From an uncultured archaeon (GTDB lineage Archaea; Thermoplasmatota; Penumbrarchaeia; JASLWR01): a stretch of 64,000 bases of DNA. Position numbers and translations under genes: made by a program. Position 1 is the stretch's first letter; each line of letters opens with the position of its first letter. The DNA lies in NCBI GenBank assembly GCA_964430885.1, contig CAYSHM010000014.1:12307-76306 (forward strand), in the 5' to 3' direction. Positions 39,309-48,657 of this stretch are shown piece after piece. The notes under the pieces are model-generated. The model saw only the letters and a program-made list of their open reading frames with translations, was not told the DNA's origin and did no database searches.

Positions 39309-40130
39309 ATGCGAAGAAAAATCATTACATTGATGACTGATTTCGGAGATGACCATTACGTGGCCCAGATGAAGGCGGTAATCCTTTCCACCTGTCCAGA
39401 AGCTCTTATTCAGGATATCACCCACAGAATTAAAGCGCAGAATATTCGTCAAGCGGCATATATTCTACAATCTACATATAAATTGTTCAGGTCCGAATTG
39501 GTTCCCATACACTTGTGTGTTGTCGACCCCTCCGTTGGATCGAAGAGAAAGGGATTATGCATAAAAACTGGACATGGCTTTTTTATAGGTCCTGATAACG
39601 GAGTGCTGTATCCTTCAGTTTCAGAAGATGAAAACTTTGAGGCAAGAGAAATAGATATCAGTACTCACCGAATTGATGGATATGGTGCCACGTTTGACGG
39701 AAGAGATCTTTTCGCCCCTGTAGCAGTATTTTTATTTCAAGGAAATCCATTTGAAGAAATAGGCCCAGTTGTTGATGAAATAAATTGTTTGGATATTGAC
39801 AAATTCGAATTATTGGAAGGAAAAAAGGATATCATTATTGAATGTAAACCCTTGGATATCGATAATTTCGGTAATATCATTACCAATCTTGACAATAATG
39901 ATTTTCAGAAGATATTGGTTAAATATGGAATAAATAAAATTTATTTGATCAATGGTCCAAATGAAATCCCGCTTCAATTAAAAAAGATATACTTTGATGT
40001 ACCTGTAGGTAACCTGCTGCTATGCCAGTCCTCATCAGGAAGGATTGAGATTTCTTTAAGAAATGGAAATGCATCAAAAAGATTGGATATTTCACTTGGT
40101 GACAATATTATCTTCAAATTAACAGTATAA
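39309..40130 (+). CDS. SAM hydroxide adenosyltransferase / SAM-dependent halogenase family (DUF62)
   Basis: ITLMTDFG, HLCVVDPSVGSKR, GPDNG, TFDGRDLFAPVA, IDNFGNIITN. Confidence 0.92.
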   Translation: MRRKIITLMTDFGDDHYVAQMKAVILSTCPEALIQDITHRIKAQNIRQAAYILQSTYKLFRSELVPIHLCVVDPSVGSKRKGLCIKTGHGFFIGPDNGVLYPSVSEDENFEAREIDISTHRIDGYGATFDGRDLFAPVAVFLFQGNPFEEIGPVVDEINCLDIDKFELLEGKKDIIIECKPLDIDNFGNIITNLDNNDFQKILVKYGINKIYLINGPNEIPLQLKKIYFDVPVGNLLLCQSSSGRIEISLRNGNASKRLDISLGDNIIFKLTV

Positions 40131-40156
40131 CAATGAAGCTGCTGGAGATATTTCAG

Positions 40157-42094
40157 TTAACTGCCCAGTTCAATTACTTCTTTGAGTTCTGTAAAAATAA
40201 GATTCTTCTTTACTTCAGTTACTCTAGCTCTTACCTTATCACCCTTTTCAGCTCCAGGTACAAATATTACATATCCTCCTTCCTTAGCAATACCATCCCC
40301 CATCTTACCCATACTGATGATGGAGATAATTATTTCATCATCAGTTTTTGGATCGGAAATGATCTTCCTCTTACCCTCCATTTTCTTGCTGTGAATCTCA
40401 ATTACTTCCAGTACCTTTGTGAAAACAAGATTGTCTTTAATCTCTTCAACCCGTACCTTGGCAACATCCCCCATGCCCAGATCAGGAACGAAAATCACGA
40501 AATCGCCGATCCTTGCTACCCCATCATTCTTCTTACCCACACCCACCACAGTGATTTCCAATTCCTTTCCTTCTTTAACATCATCGCTATCCAAACCTCT
40601 TTCAGTTCCCTCTTCCAATGCTTCTGGGCAAGCAGCCCGCCTGGAGCAGTTTAAACATTTTCCCAACCTATAATGATTTCTATGTACTTGCTCCCCTGCA
40701 AGATGCCGCAAGATCTCATCAACTTTTCTTTCCAGCATCACTTCCAATTTTGCATCGTAATTTATTTTATATCGGTTTTCTTTTTTCTCACCATACTGTA
40801 TATAACCGTACGGCGGGCGGACCCCGTAGTTATCCTCTACCAATTTTAGATAGGTCGCCAATTGCAGAACATGGGAATAATAAGGACCCTCCGGTACTTT
40901 TCCTGTTTTAACCTCCATGGGTATGTAGTATCCATCCTTCTCAATAATTAGGTCAGGCTTTCCGGATATGTTCAATCTTTTACCATATAGCGTGCTTTCC
41001 TTTTTGATGCCTAAAGAATCGATGTAATCTATCTTACCTTCATTTACGATGCCTTTATCGCTCCTTTCTTTCTTAGAATACCGAATATTCTTAATCAGAT
41101 AGAAAAGAATTAAAAATGCACCAATTAACCACACCATGGCCACAATCAATAATAAATGTCCAAGAATAGATATCTGGTCATCTATCAGGTTATCAATAGC
41201 ATATTCCATTATGAATCCCCATGTGGACAAGAAAAGTGACATCACTACCAGCCAAAGGCTTCCCTTCCTGTATTCCTCCCTTCTTCTTATTAAAAGCCTT
41301 AATAATTCCGATAATGAAAGGTCTTCCAACTCTCTGTGAAAGGCCTTCATATAGATATTGTAATACTGCTTGCTAATGAAATGGACTGAGTTAATGGCTG
41401 AATAAAAGAAGAAAAGTGCGGCTGCAGCCCATATCAAACTGGACCAGATTAGAAGTTTTATTAAAATTGTTAGATTATAATAATTGGTCAATACCGCAAA
41501 TATCCCCAAACCTGAAGCAATGATCGCCGAAGTAATTGTTTTATATTCCGCGTTCTTGAAAATGATGGCAGGTCTGGTTCTGGCACCTTGCCGGGTAAGA
41601 ATGAAATAGAAGAACACCGATAAAACTAGGAAAAATACAGCCCCGAAAATAAAAAGGTGCCTTTCAACCTCCCCGGGCAATCGATCCAATGCTCCAGTGG
41701 ATATGCCCAGTATTATAACAACCATGATAAACCATTTTGCTATCTCCCAAACCTCATGTGGATTCCTTTTCCACCAGGCAGCCATATCTCTTCCTGGCGC
41801 CATCTGAAGGTGTTTTTTTGTATGGCCTTCAAGATAGGCCTTTTTTATCTTCTTGATCTGTCTATCTTTGTATACTACATTTATAAAAAAACTAAAAGCC
41901 AATAGTGCCCACACTATTGAAAAAAGGTTCAGATAAAAAATGATTATTGGAAAATAGCTCTCAGCTCTTGAAAAGTATAACAGGACGCCGAACACACTGA
42001 GCATTATAACAACAATGGAAAACATAATCAACAGGAACTCATATCTTTTTGATTGCTGGTCCATTAAAAATATCTTTCTTGCTGATTTGGCCAA
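40157..42094 (-). CDS. Polytopic membrane protein fused to a Cas4-like PD-(D/E)xK nuclease and two TRAM domains
   Basis: About 8 hydrophobic helices; SGKPD...PMEVKTG...QLATY; HRNH...CLNC...C; two GxxxDG(V/I)A(R/K)xGxx(V)IFVP TRAM repeats. Confidence 0.82.
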   Translation of the reverse strand: MAKSARKIFLMDQQSKRYEFLLIMFSIVVIMLSVFGVLLYFSRAESYFPIIIFYLNLFSIVWALLAFSFFINVVYKDRQIKKIKKAYLEGHTKKHLQMAPGRDMAAWWKRNPHEVWEIAKWFIMVVIILGISTGALDRLPGEVERHLFIFGAVFFLVLSVFFYFILTRQGARTRPAIIFKNAEYKTITSAIIASGLGIFAVLTNYYNLTILIKLLIWSSLIWAAAALFFFYSAINSVHFISKQYYNIYMKAFHRELEDLSLSELLRLLIRRREEYRKGSLWLVVMSLFLSTWGFIMEYAIDNLIDDQISILGHLLLIVAMVWLIGAFLILFYLIKNIRYSKKERSDKGIVNEGKIDYIDSLGIKKESTLYGKRLNISGKPDLIIEKDGYYIPMEVKTGKVPEGPYYSHVLQLATYLKLVEDNYGVRPPYGYIQYGEKKENRYKINYDAKLEVMLERKVDEILRHLAGEQVHRNHYRLGKCLNCSRRAACPEALEEGTERGLDSDDVKEGKELEITVVGVGKKNDGVARIGDFVIFVPDLGMGDVAKVRVEEIKDNLVFTKVLEVIEIHSKKMEGKRKIISDPKTDDEIIISIISMGKMGDGIAKEGGYVIFVPGAEKGDKVRARVTEVKKNLIFTELKEVIELGS

Positions 42095-42649
42095 TTTCTT
42101 ATGTGCTTTTATGCCTTCCTTTGCTTGGACCGTCTCCGCGTCCTCACCATGTAATTGAAGCCACCAGCTAAAGGGACAAAAACCAAAACGCTCAAGGTCG
42201 CTTGCAGAAATTCTCTGCTTGGATGACCTATTGGAATGGGACGATTTATTGTTAGGGGTGCTTCTTGACCTGCCGTTCTTTTTATTAGCCCCCTTCGTCC
42301 GTACACCTGGTCTCTTATCGATGTTAAAATCCCCCGAGAATCATCCTCTGGTATTGCTTGTGTCTTTCCGAAATTCAATAAAACTAATCTATAATTACCA
42401 ATATATTTAATATCTTTTAAAAAATAATATCCTACCATTATTAAAGGCTACTTAAAAAATGAAATGAATTTGGACCTCCCCCTTAATAATAAAAAGGCCT
42501 CAGGGCAGATTGTTCCATATGTGCCTCAAATATCCTCGCTAACTTTAATAATTAATTAAAAAAACTAACGCTGTTCAATATTAATTTGAAAGAATAATAA
42601 GTATCTGCAAAAGACTCCAAATAAAAACCATTTGTCGATTCATTTAGCT

Positions 42650-43240
42650 TTACTTGCCCTTTTTATCATGGGCTCTTAGAGACGGTCTTAATTTCTCCGC
42701 TCCAATTCCTTTATGCCTTAATCCTCTACCTTTCTTACCTGCAGATGTAAGTCCTCGAAGAGCTCTGTTCTTATGTTTCCCAGTCGAAATCCAATTCAGA
42801 TCCTTATCGGCTTTTACGGAGGGGTGGTGAGGATCTACGAGAATAATTTCAAAATATTTGTGCCTTCCATCAGCACCGACAAAATAGGAATTGAGAACCT
42901 CCATGTTTGGAAACTTCTTACTAGTTCTTTCCTCGGCCATTCTTTTAAGGCTCTTGGCCATGGTGATTTTCTTTATACCCTTCCTCTTTGGCTTTCGGCC
43001 GGCCCTTATTCGATGTTTCTTCAGGCTACCTCTTCTGATCCTGGTACGTGCTATAACAACACCTTGTTTTGCCTTATAACCCAAAGCTCTTGCACGATCC
43101 AACCTAGTAGGATGATCTACCTTCTGTATACTGTTCTCCCTTCTCCATCTGACCATCCTTTCCTTTTGATTGGCCTTGAAATCTTCGTTTTTCGGGTCGT
43201 TCCACTGTTTTCCTATATATTTATACATACTCTTGGACAT
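42650..43240 (-). CDS. rpl15e: 50S ribosomal protein L15e
   Basis: PTRLDRARALGYKAKQG, EVLNSY, EIILVDP, RGLTSAGKKGRGL. Confidence 0.98.
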   Translation of the reverse strand: MSKSMYKYIGKQWNDPKNEDFKANQKERMVRWRRENSIQKVDHPTRLDRARALGYKAKQGVVIARTRIRRGSLKKHRIRAGRKPKRKGIKKITMAKSLKRMAEERTSKKFPNMEVLNSYFVGADGRHKYFEIILVDPHHPSVKADKDLNWISTGKHKNRALRGLTSAGKKGRGLRHKGIGAEKLRPSLRAHDKKGK

Positions 43241-43253
43241 TTCATCACCCTTT

Positions 43254-43281
43254 GGGATTCACCTAATAAGGCACATTTCCC
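43254..43281 (-). ncRNA. Putative eL15 ribosomal-protein leader (autoregulatory hairpin)
   Basis: RNA GGGA-AAUGU-GCCU-UAUU-AGGU-GAA-UCCC: a stem with internal loop immediately 5' of the GGUGA RBS of rpl15e. Confidence 0.55.
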
Positions 43282-43648
43282 GTTCATTATCAAAGAAATA
43301 ATAATATTAGTCAATATTGACAAACAATAATTATTTCCCGCCCAGTATTGATATGATACTTATTAAGCTTATTGTATGAAATAACAATACATGTCACTTA
43401 ATTTTATTAAAAATGTAAGTAATATTGAAGTCAGTAGCCAGGATGATCTCGAATTTCTGCTGAATTGATGGTGATTATTTCAATTCCTGCAACATTTTTA
43501 TATCCGCAAAGATTCACATATCAAATGGTCATTTACGGATATATGTTCGCCAATGGTCAATGAAGTAATGGATTTGAACTCTTCAACATGTAGATAAATT
43601 GGGAAATATTTGACCAAAATTATTTATTACTATAATGATTATCGATAA

Positions 43649-44980
43649 ATGATTCTGGAGAGGATCGATTCGAATATCAATATATGGGTCAGACGGTTGA
43701 TTCCGATGATAGGTGAAAGAGAAAAACGCAATATCTATAAAGGAATGGTTTCCCACTTTATGAGCAATGATGAATACTTCAGAGATGTAAAGATCAAAAA
43801 GGCCATTTCAGAAATGCTAATCCGTCTTCGGGATCTGCTCAATATCGATTATAATGAGCATTGTGAGATTTCCAAGGAAGTGATTATGGAGAAACAAAAT
43901 ACTGAATATATGCCTCCAACAGTCGATATGAAGAATATAAAGAAACCAACCAATAAATATCAATTTGAAGAAAAGACCAGAAATAGAAAATTCGAAGATG
44001 AAATAGGTGCCGACCTTCCAACGGAACCTCCAATTTCCAAAGGAAAGGACTTTGGGAAAAAGGTATTGTTAAATAATGTGTCAATATTGGGGGTTGGCAA
44101 TGCGGGTTTGAATATTCTGAGTGAATTATTTGATAGATATGATAATGAATCAGACGATCTCAATCTTATTGGTTTGGATACCTGTTTAGACGATATTCGT
44201 CAATGCATTATTCCAAATAAAAAGTATATTGGAGCAGGAGTTACTGGAAAGGAAGGAGCCGAAAGAAATAGAATGCTGGGAAAAAAGGCTGGGAAAAAAT
44301 ATCTTGAAAAGCTGGAACCAGTGATTAAAAAAACTGATGCTGTGATTGTGACATTTGGATTAGGTGGGGGAACAGGTACAGGAGCGGGTGTTGAATTGAT
44401 CAAAGGCATCAAGAGATTTAATAAAATGGTCATAGCTATTGTAACCTTGCCATTTAAGGAAGAGGGAGTTATTAAAAAAGAAAACTCCATCGCCGGATTA
44501 AATAAAATGAATGACTATGCCGATAAGGTAATCATCCTGCCAAATGACTATCTTACTTCACTGGACCCTGAATTACCTTTGATAAAGGGATTCCAGATAA
44601 TGGACAAGATCATGGCGCATGCGATTTTCAGAACTCATTCTTTATTACTCAACCACTCAGAAATGAGCACACCATTCTTCAACGGAAAGGACATTTTAAG
44701 TGTCACTTTCGGAAGAGAAGTGGATGTGCTTCGCTGTTGGAATTCCACAAAAGAAGACTTTTTCGATTTTTTCAACAAAGAGAAAATTAAAGAAGTATTG
44801 GTGTTCACCTCCACCACTACTAATATTAGTGAAGGAGAAAAGAGGGATTACAAGAACGAAGTTCATAACACATTCGATTCTGCAGATTCCATCACCTTTG
44901 TCGAGGAAATCCATCCTGATTTAGATACACCTATAGAAATGACTGTTCTATTCGGCCCGTATAATGCCAATCTAAGATAA
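43649..44980 (+). CDS. Divergent FtsZ/tubulin-family protein with N-terminal extension
   Basis: ILGVGNAG, GLGGGTGTGAG signature, IVTLPFKEEG, ILPND; T7 loop and C-terminal domain divergent; start may be ATG 43706. Confidence 0.8.
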   Translation: MILERIDSNINIWVRRLIPMIGEREKRNIYKGMVSHFMSNDEYFRDVKIKKAISEMLIRLRDLLNIDYNEHCEISKEVIMEKQNTEYMPPTVDMKNIKKPTNKYQFEEKTRNRKFEDEIGADLPTEPPISKGKDFGKKVLLNNVSILGVGNAGLNILSELFDRYDNESDDLNLIGLDTCLDDIRQCIIPNKKYIGAGVTGKEGAERNRMLGKKAGKKYLEKLEPVIKKTDAVIVTFGLGGGTGTGAGVELIKGIKRFNKMVIAIVTLPFKEEGVIKKENSIAGLNKMNDYADKVIILPNDYLTSLDPELPLIKGFQIMDKIMAHAIFRTHSLLLNHSEMSTPFFNGKDILSVTFGREVDVLRCWNSTKEDFFDFFNKEKIKEVLVFTSTTTNISEGEKRDYKNEVHNTFDSADSITFVEEIHPDLDTPIEMTVLFGPYNANLR

Positions 44981-44986
44981 TCAAAC

Positions 44987-45988
44987 CTATCTTATGGATA
45001 TTCTTTTACTACAGGAAGGACATTTTTTTTGAACAAGCTTATTCTTCTCCATCCCCATATAGCTGCGCTTGATCACTATTTTCCCGCAGTCGGGACATCG
45101 GGTATCCCTGCCAGTTCTTGAAAGTACATTTCCTAGGTAAATGTAATTATGTCCGATCCTCTCAGCCAATGAGTATATTTTCTTCAATTTTGATTTAGAG
45201 GTTCTGGACCGATCCCGCATCTTGTAATCGGGATGGAAGGCACTGAAGTGAAGAGGAATGTCCGGACCTAGTTTTGATTTAACCCAAATCAGATAATCTT
45301 CAATTTCAGATAGATCATCATTGACCCCTGGGATCACAAGATAAGTCAATTCGATATGAATGCCCAGTGCCTTGGCGGTAATGCAGGTGGATAATACTGG
45401 ATCAAGGGAACCACCGGCAATTTTCCTATAGAAATCATTATTAAAGGACTTAACATCGATGTTCATAGCATCCAAATATGGTGCTATTTTTCTAAGGGGG
45501 GCTTCATCAATAAATCCATTGGTCACATAAAGGGTTCTCAGATCCTTCATTTTTGCTAATTTAGACGTTCGATAAGTGAACTCATACCATATTGTTGGCT
45601 CATTATAGGTCCAAGCTATGGATTGACAATCAGTTCTTCTTGCCAAAGAAACTACTTCTTCAGGTTTTATCTCCCTCAAACTGAATGATTCAAAATCCGC
45701 CTGGGATATTGATGAATTTTGACAGAAATCACATTTGAAATTACATCCTATTGTACCCAAAGATAAGGCGCCAGTTCCCGGTAAGAAATGGTATAAGGGT
45801 TTTTTTTCAATAGGGTCTACATTTATTGATGATGCTTTTCCATAGATCAGAGAAAACAAATCTCCCCCAATGTTTTTCCTCACTCCGCATACCCCTTTTT
45901 TATTTTGACCAATAATGCATTTATGGGGGCATAGTAAACACCTTAGTCGATTCTCCTCTTTCTTCTCATAGAACATAGCCTTATCCAA
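44987..45988 (-). CDS. amrS: AmmeMemoRadiSam system radical SAM enzyme
   Basis: CLLCPHKC, DPIEKKPLYHF, GCNFKCDFCQN, TYNEP, PLHFSAFHPDY, YIYLGNV. Confidence 0.93.
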   Translation of the reverse strand: MDKAMFYEKKEENRLRCLLCPHKCIIGQNKKGVCGVRKNIGGDLFSLIYGKASSINVDPIEKKPLYHFLPGTGALSLGTIGCNFKCDFCQNSSISQADFESFSLREIKPEEVVSLARRTDCQSIAWTYNEPTIWYEFTYRTSKLAKMKDLRTLYVTNGFIDEAPLRKIAPYLDAMNIDVKSFNNDFYRKIAGGSLDPVLSTCITAKALGIHIELTYLVIPGVNDDLSEIEDYLIWVKSKLGPDIPLHFSAFHPDYKMRDRSRTSKSKLKKIYSLAERIGHNYIYLGNVLSRTGRDTRCPDCGKIVIKRSYMGMEKNKLVQKKCPSCSKRISIR

Positions 45989-46009
45989 TAAAACACCTCT
46001 GGTGATTAT

Positions 46010-46498
46010 TTACTTTCCAATTTTATGGATCTTATATTCCTTTAATATGCATTTGTTCATTACCACTTTAAGGTTATCCGCCACTGCAAGATCTGCGGCT
46101 TCATTATTTATTACCCCCTCCTGCATCCACACATATTTTACGCCTGTTTTCTCCAATATATCCTGTACTATACCTATCACTGCACTCGATTTTCTAAAAA
46201 TGTTAACCATATCTACCGATTCGGGAATATCTCTAACATTCGGATAGCTTTTTTCCCCAAAAATCTCATCATACACCGGATTGACAGGGATGACCCTATA
46301 ACCCTTTTCAATTAAAAAGGATGCAACTGAATATGCATCCCTATGAGGGTTTGGGGATAGACCAACCATTGCGATGACCTTGGTGTCTTTCAAGATACGG
46401 ATTATTTCCTCATCCCTCTGGAAATAACGCGGCATTTCACACACGAAATCTGCATTATTATCACCATTCTTGTTTTCTTTTGAACCCACTAACATCAC
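46010..46498 (-). CDS. CoA-binding protein (YccU-like)
   Basis: IAMVGLSPNPHRDA, VIPVNP, VDMVNIFR, VWMQEG, VVMNKCI; start uncertain (46495 or 46435). Confidence 0.9.
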   Translation of the reverse strand: MMLVGSKENKNGDNNADFVCEMPRYFQRDEEIIRILKDTKVIAMVGLSPNPHRDAYSVASFLIEKGYRVIPVNPVYDEIFGEKSYPNVRDIPESVDMVNIFRKSSAVIGIVQDILEKTGVKYVWMQEGVINNEAADLAVADNLKVVMNKCILKEYKIHKIGK

Positions 46499-46667
46499 CT
46501 AAGAAGATATTATTTTACTTGTATTTATATTCAAGGATATCAGACTATACTTGAAAAATACTGTATCTTTAAACGGATCGAATAATTTGATTATTTCTAA
46601 TAATCTGAGGATAGATGATTAAAAATAACAATAGCTATTTGGTAATGTTAAACACGGGTGCACCCTT

Positions 46668-48638
46668 ATGAAAATAAATATAATCACGGTTTTGGTGATG
46701 GTTTCTTTTTTAATAACAACATTTACTGTACCATATACCAACCATTTCAAGACCTTGAATAATTCGATTCAAGGGGATTCCATGGTTGGTGATAGTCAAA
46801 TTGATCTATCCGAATTTCGAACAGCAATCACAAAGGGCACTTTGAAACGCTCTCAAGGAAATTCCTCAATTTCATTGGAACTTAAGGATGGAATAACAGA
46901 AAAACCCATTAATAATGGACATCTGGTACTATATGGAGGAAACCCATTCTGTTTCTATTCAGAAGATATCGGTACTGATGGGACTTACTCCGCAAGTTTA
47001 AACCCTGGCCATTATTTCCTATCTGTCGAAGTAATGGAAGACCAATACCTTAGCAAAGATGAACTCCATACATTCACTTCTGAACATCCCGGAGCCTGGA
47101 TTAGAACCGAAAGAATCGGAGATACATACAGAGTGTCAACCCATTATTTTCCATATTCCAATGAATTCAACATTCTCAGCAAACAGCATCTGGACTTGGA
47201 AATTATTTTAGAATTACGCCTAAAGGACATTTCCGTGCTTCAGGGATTCATAAGAGATGGTGAATCCAATAAACCTATTCCTTACATCCCTGTTAGAACG
47301 ACCACTCTGACATCCGATTACATCATATTTAATGAAACTTATTCTGATGAAACTGGCCATTATATCATCAGCGTACCAAAAGGAGAAACTCATATAATAT
47401 CTGGTGAAAAAGGTTCTGCTTTCTATGGGGGTGGTTATAGTCTGGAACAGCTGAACTCTTCCAATTTTAACTATTTTCCTTCCAAGGATATGCAGCAAAT
47501 AGAAACACCGGGAAACATTAATATCAATCTTCAAAATGACAAAATCTCTGAGAACGACATGGGAATTTTGGAAATAGAATTGCTGAATCAACATCCCGAT
47601 GATATGGAGGAAATATGTATATTCATTTTCGACACATGTAGAGGAATATTCTATTTGAAAGAGATAAAAAACAAGGAAATGGTGAAGAATAAAATCTATC
47701 TAAACTCGGCTCTGCCAAAGGGGAATTACACCGTCTTTGGGGTAGGATATCAAAACGGTTCTTATGGAAAGCCAACGGAGATCAGTCGCTTCGAATTAAT
47801 CAAGAACCAAACTCATTTTGCTGAATTGAAAATATCTGGAGAAATTGTTCAGGACATGGGACATGTGGCTCTAACGTTCACCAAGGGGGGCGGATTTCAA
47901 ATCAATAATAGTATTAATATTGAAAGGAATCCAATAATTTTCAGGTCCATTTTGGAGAGCTTCCTAGGTGATGGAAATTTTCATGTATCAGTCTCGGAAA
48001 AGAAAAGAATTGAGAAGTACTTAACGGCAATCGGGATTTCCATGATAAAACCACTAATTCAATCTGGTATGGAATACCATTACCTTTATACTCAGAGCAA
48101 CACTGCGGAATTTCATGAATCATTCAAGGGAGATATCGATAATCAGGAGATAATCTTGGAAAATACGTTCATTTCTTTGCCAAATTATGATCCATTGGAT
48201 CTTATTGACAAGCAATTTTCATTTGATTTCAAAACTATCATACCTTTGAGCTTGACTTTAGAAATTGAACTCCCTAACGAATTCACTTATGAACTCATTG
48301 ATCAAAATAATGAAAAAAATATCACCATCATGACATCATCACTATGGAATAAAGGACTATCTGCAGATTTCAGAGAAAAATTTGAATATTTCGGAATTAA
48401 GAACCTCGAAGATAATGAGAATGATCGGGGCCGGTTAATATTTCAAAAATATGTTATGCCTGAAAAGGGTTTCATGGACGGAGAAACGATAATAATTAAT
48501 ATTACTGGAGATGATGACAATGAGGGATGGAAGACCGAATCAAATGATGATTACAAAATTTATTTCCTTTCTGTGGGAATCATAATCCTACTTGCTGGAA
48601 TAATTCTTGCTCCCAAATTATTCTCCAAGAAAAAATAA
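46668..48638 (+). CDS. Secreted, C-terminally anchored protein with carboxypeptidase-regulatory-like (transthyretin-like) domains
   Basis: Signal peptide; LQGFIRDGESNKPIP...TYSDETGHYIISVPKG; C-terminal TM followed by KKK. Confidence 0.65.
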   Translation: MKINIITVLVMVSFLITTFTVPYTNHFKTLNNSIQGDSMVGDSQIDLSEFRTAITKGTLKRSQGNSSISLELKDGITEKPINNGHLVLYGGNPFCFYSEDIGTDGTYSASLNPGHYFLSVEVMEDQYLSKDELHTFTSEHPGAWIRTERIGDTYRVSTHYFPYSNEFNILSKQHLDLEIILELRLKDISVLQGFIRDGESNKPIPYIPVRTTTLTSDYIIFNETYSDETGHYIISVPKGETHIISGEKGSAFYGGGYSLEQLNSSNFNYFPSKDMQQIETPGNININLQNDKISENDMGILEIELLNQHPDDMEEICIFIFDTCRGIFYLKEIKNKEMVKNKIYLNSALPKGNYTVFGVGYQNGSYGKPTEISRFELIKNQTHFAELKISGEIVQDMGHVALTFTKGGGFQINNSINIERNPIIFRSILESFLGDGNFHVSVSEKKRIEKYLTAIGISMIKPLIQSGMEYHYLYTQSNTAEFHESFKGDIDNQEIILENTFISLPNYDPLDLIDKQFSFDFKTIIPLSLTLEIELPNEFTYELIDQNNEKNITIMTSSLWNKGLSADFREKFEYFGIKNLEDNENDRGRLIFQKYVMPEKGFMDGETIIINITGDDDNEGWKTESNDDYKIYFLSVGIIILLAGIILAPKLFSKKK

Positions 48639-48657
48639 TCTATTCGAGGATAAAAAA

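Noticed and set aside
42280-42305. Minus-strand GAAGGGGGCTAAT resembling the 3' end of archaeal RNase P RNA
   Set aside because: The upstream sequence is AT-rich and lacks the 5' P4 motif and GC-rich helices.
40157-42650. CRISPR-Cas locus suggested by the Cas4-like domain
   Set aside because: No repeat-spacer array and no cas1, cas2 or effector genes seen anywhere in the window.
42773-43330. 185-aa + strand ORF and similar antisense ORFs (e.g. 1814-2458, 40133-40654, 55325-55834)
   Set aside because: These are shadow frames opposite well-supported genes and have no recognisable motifs.
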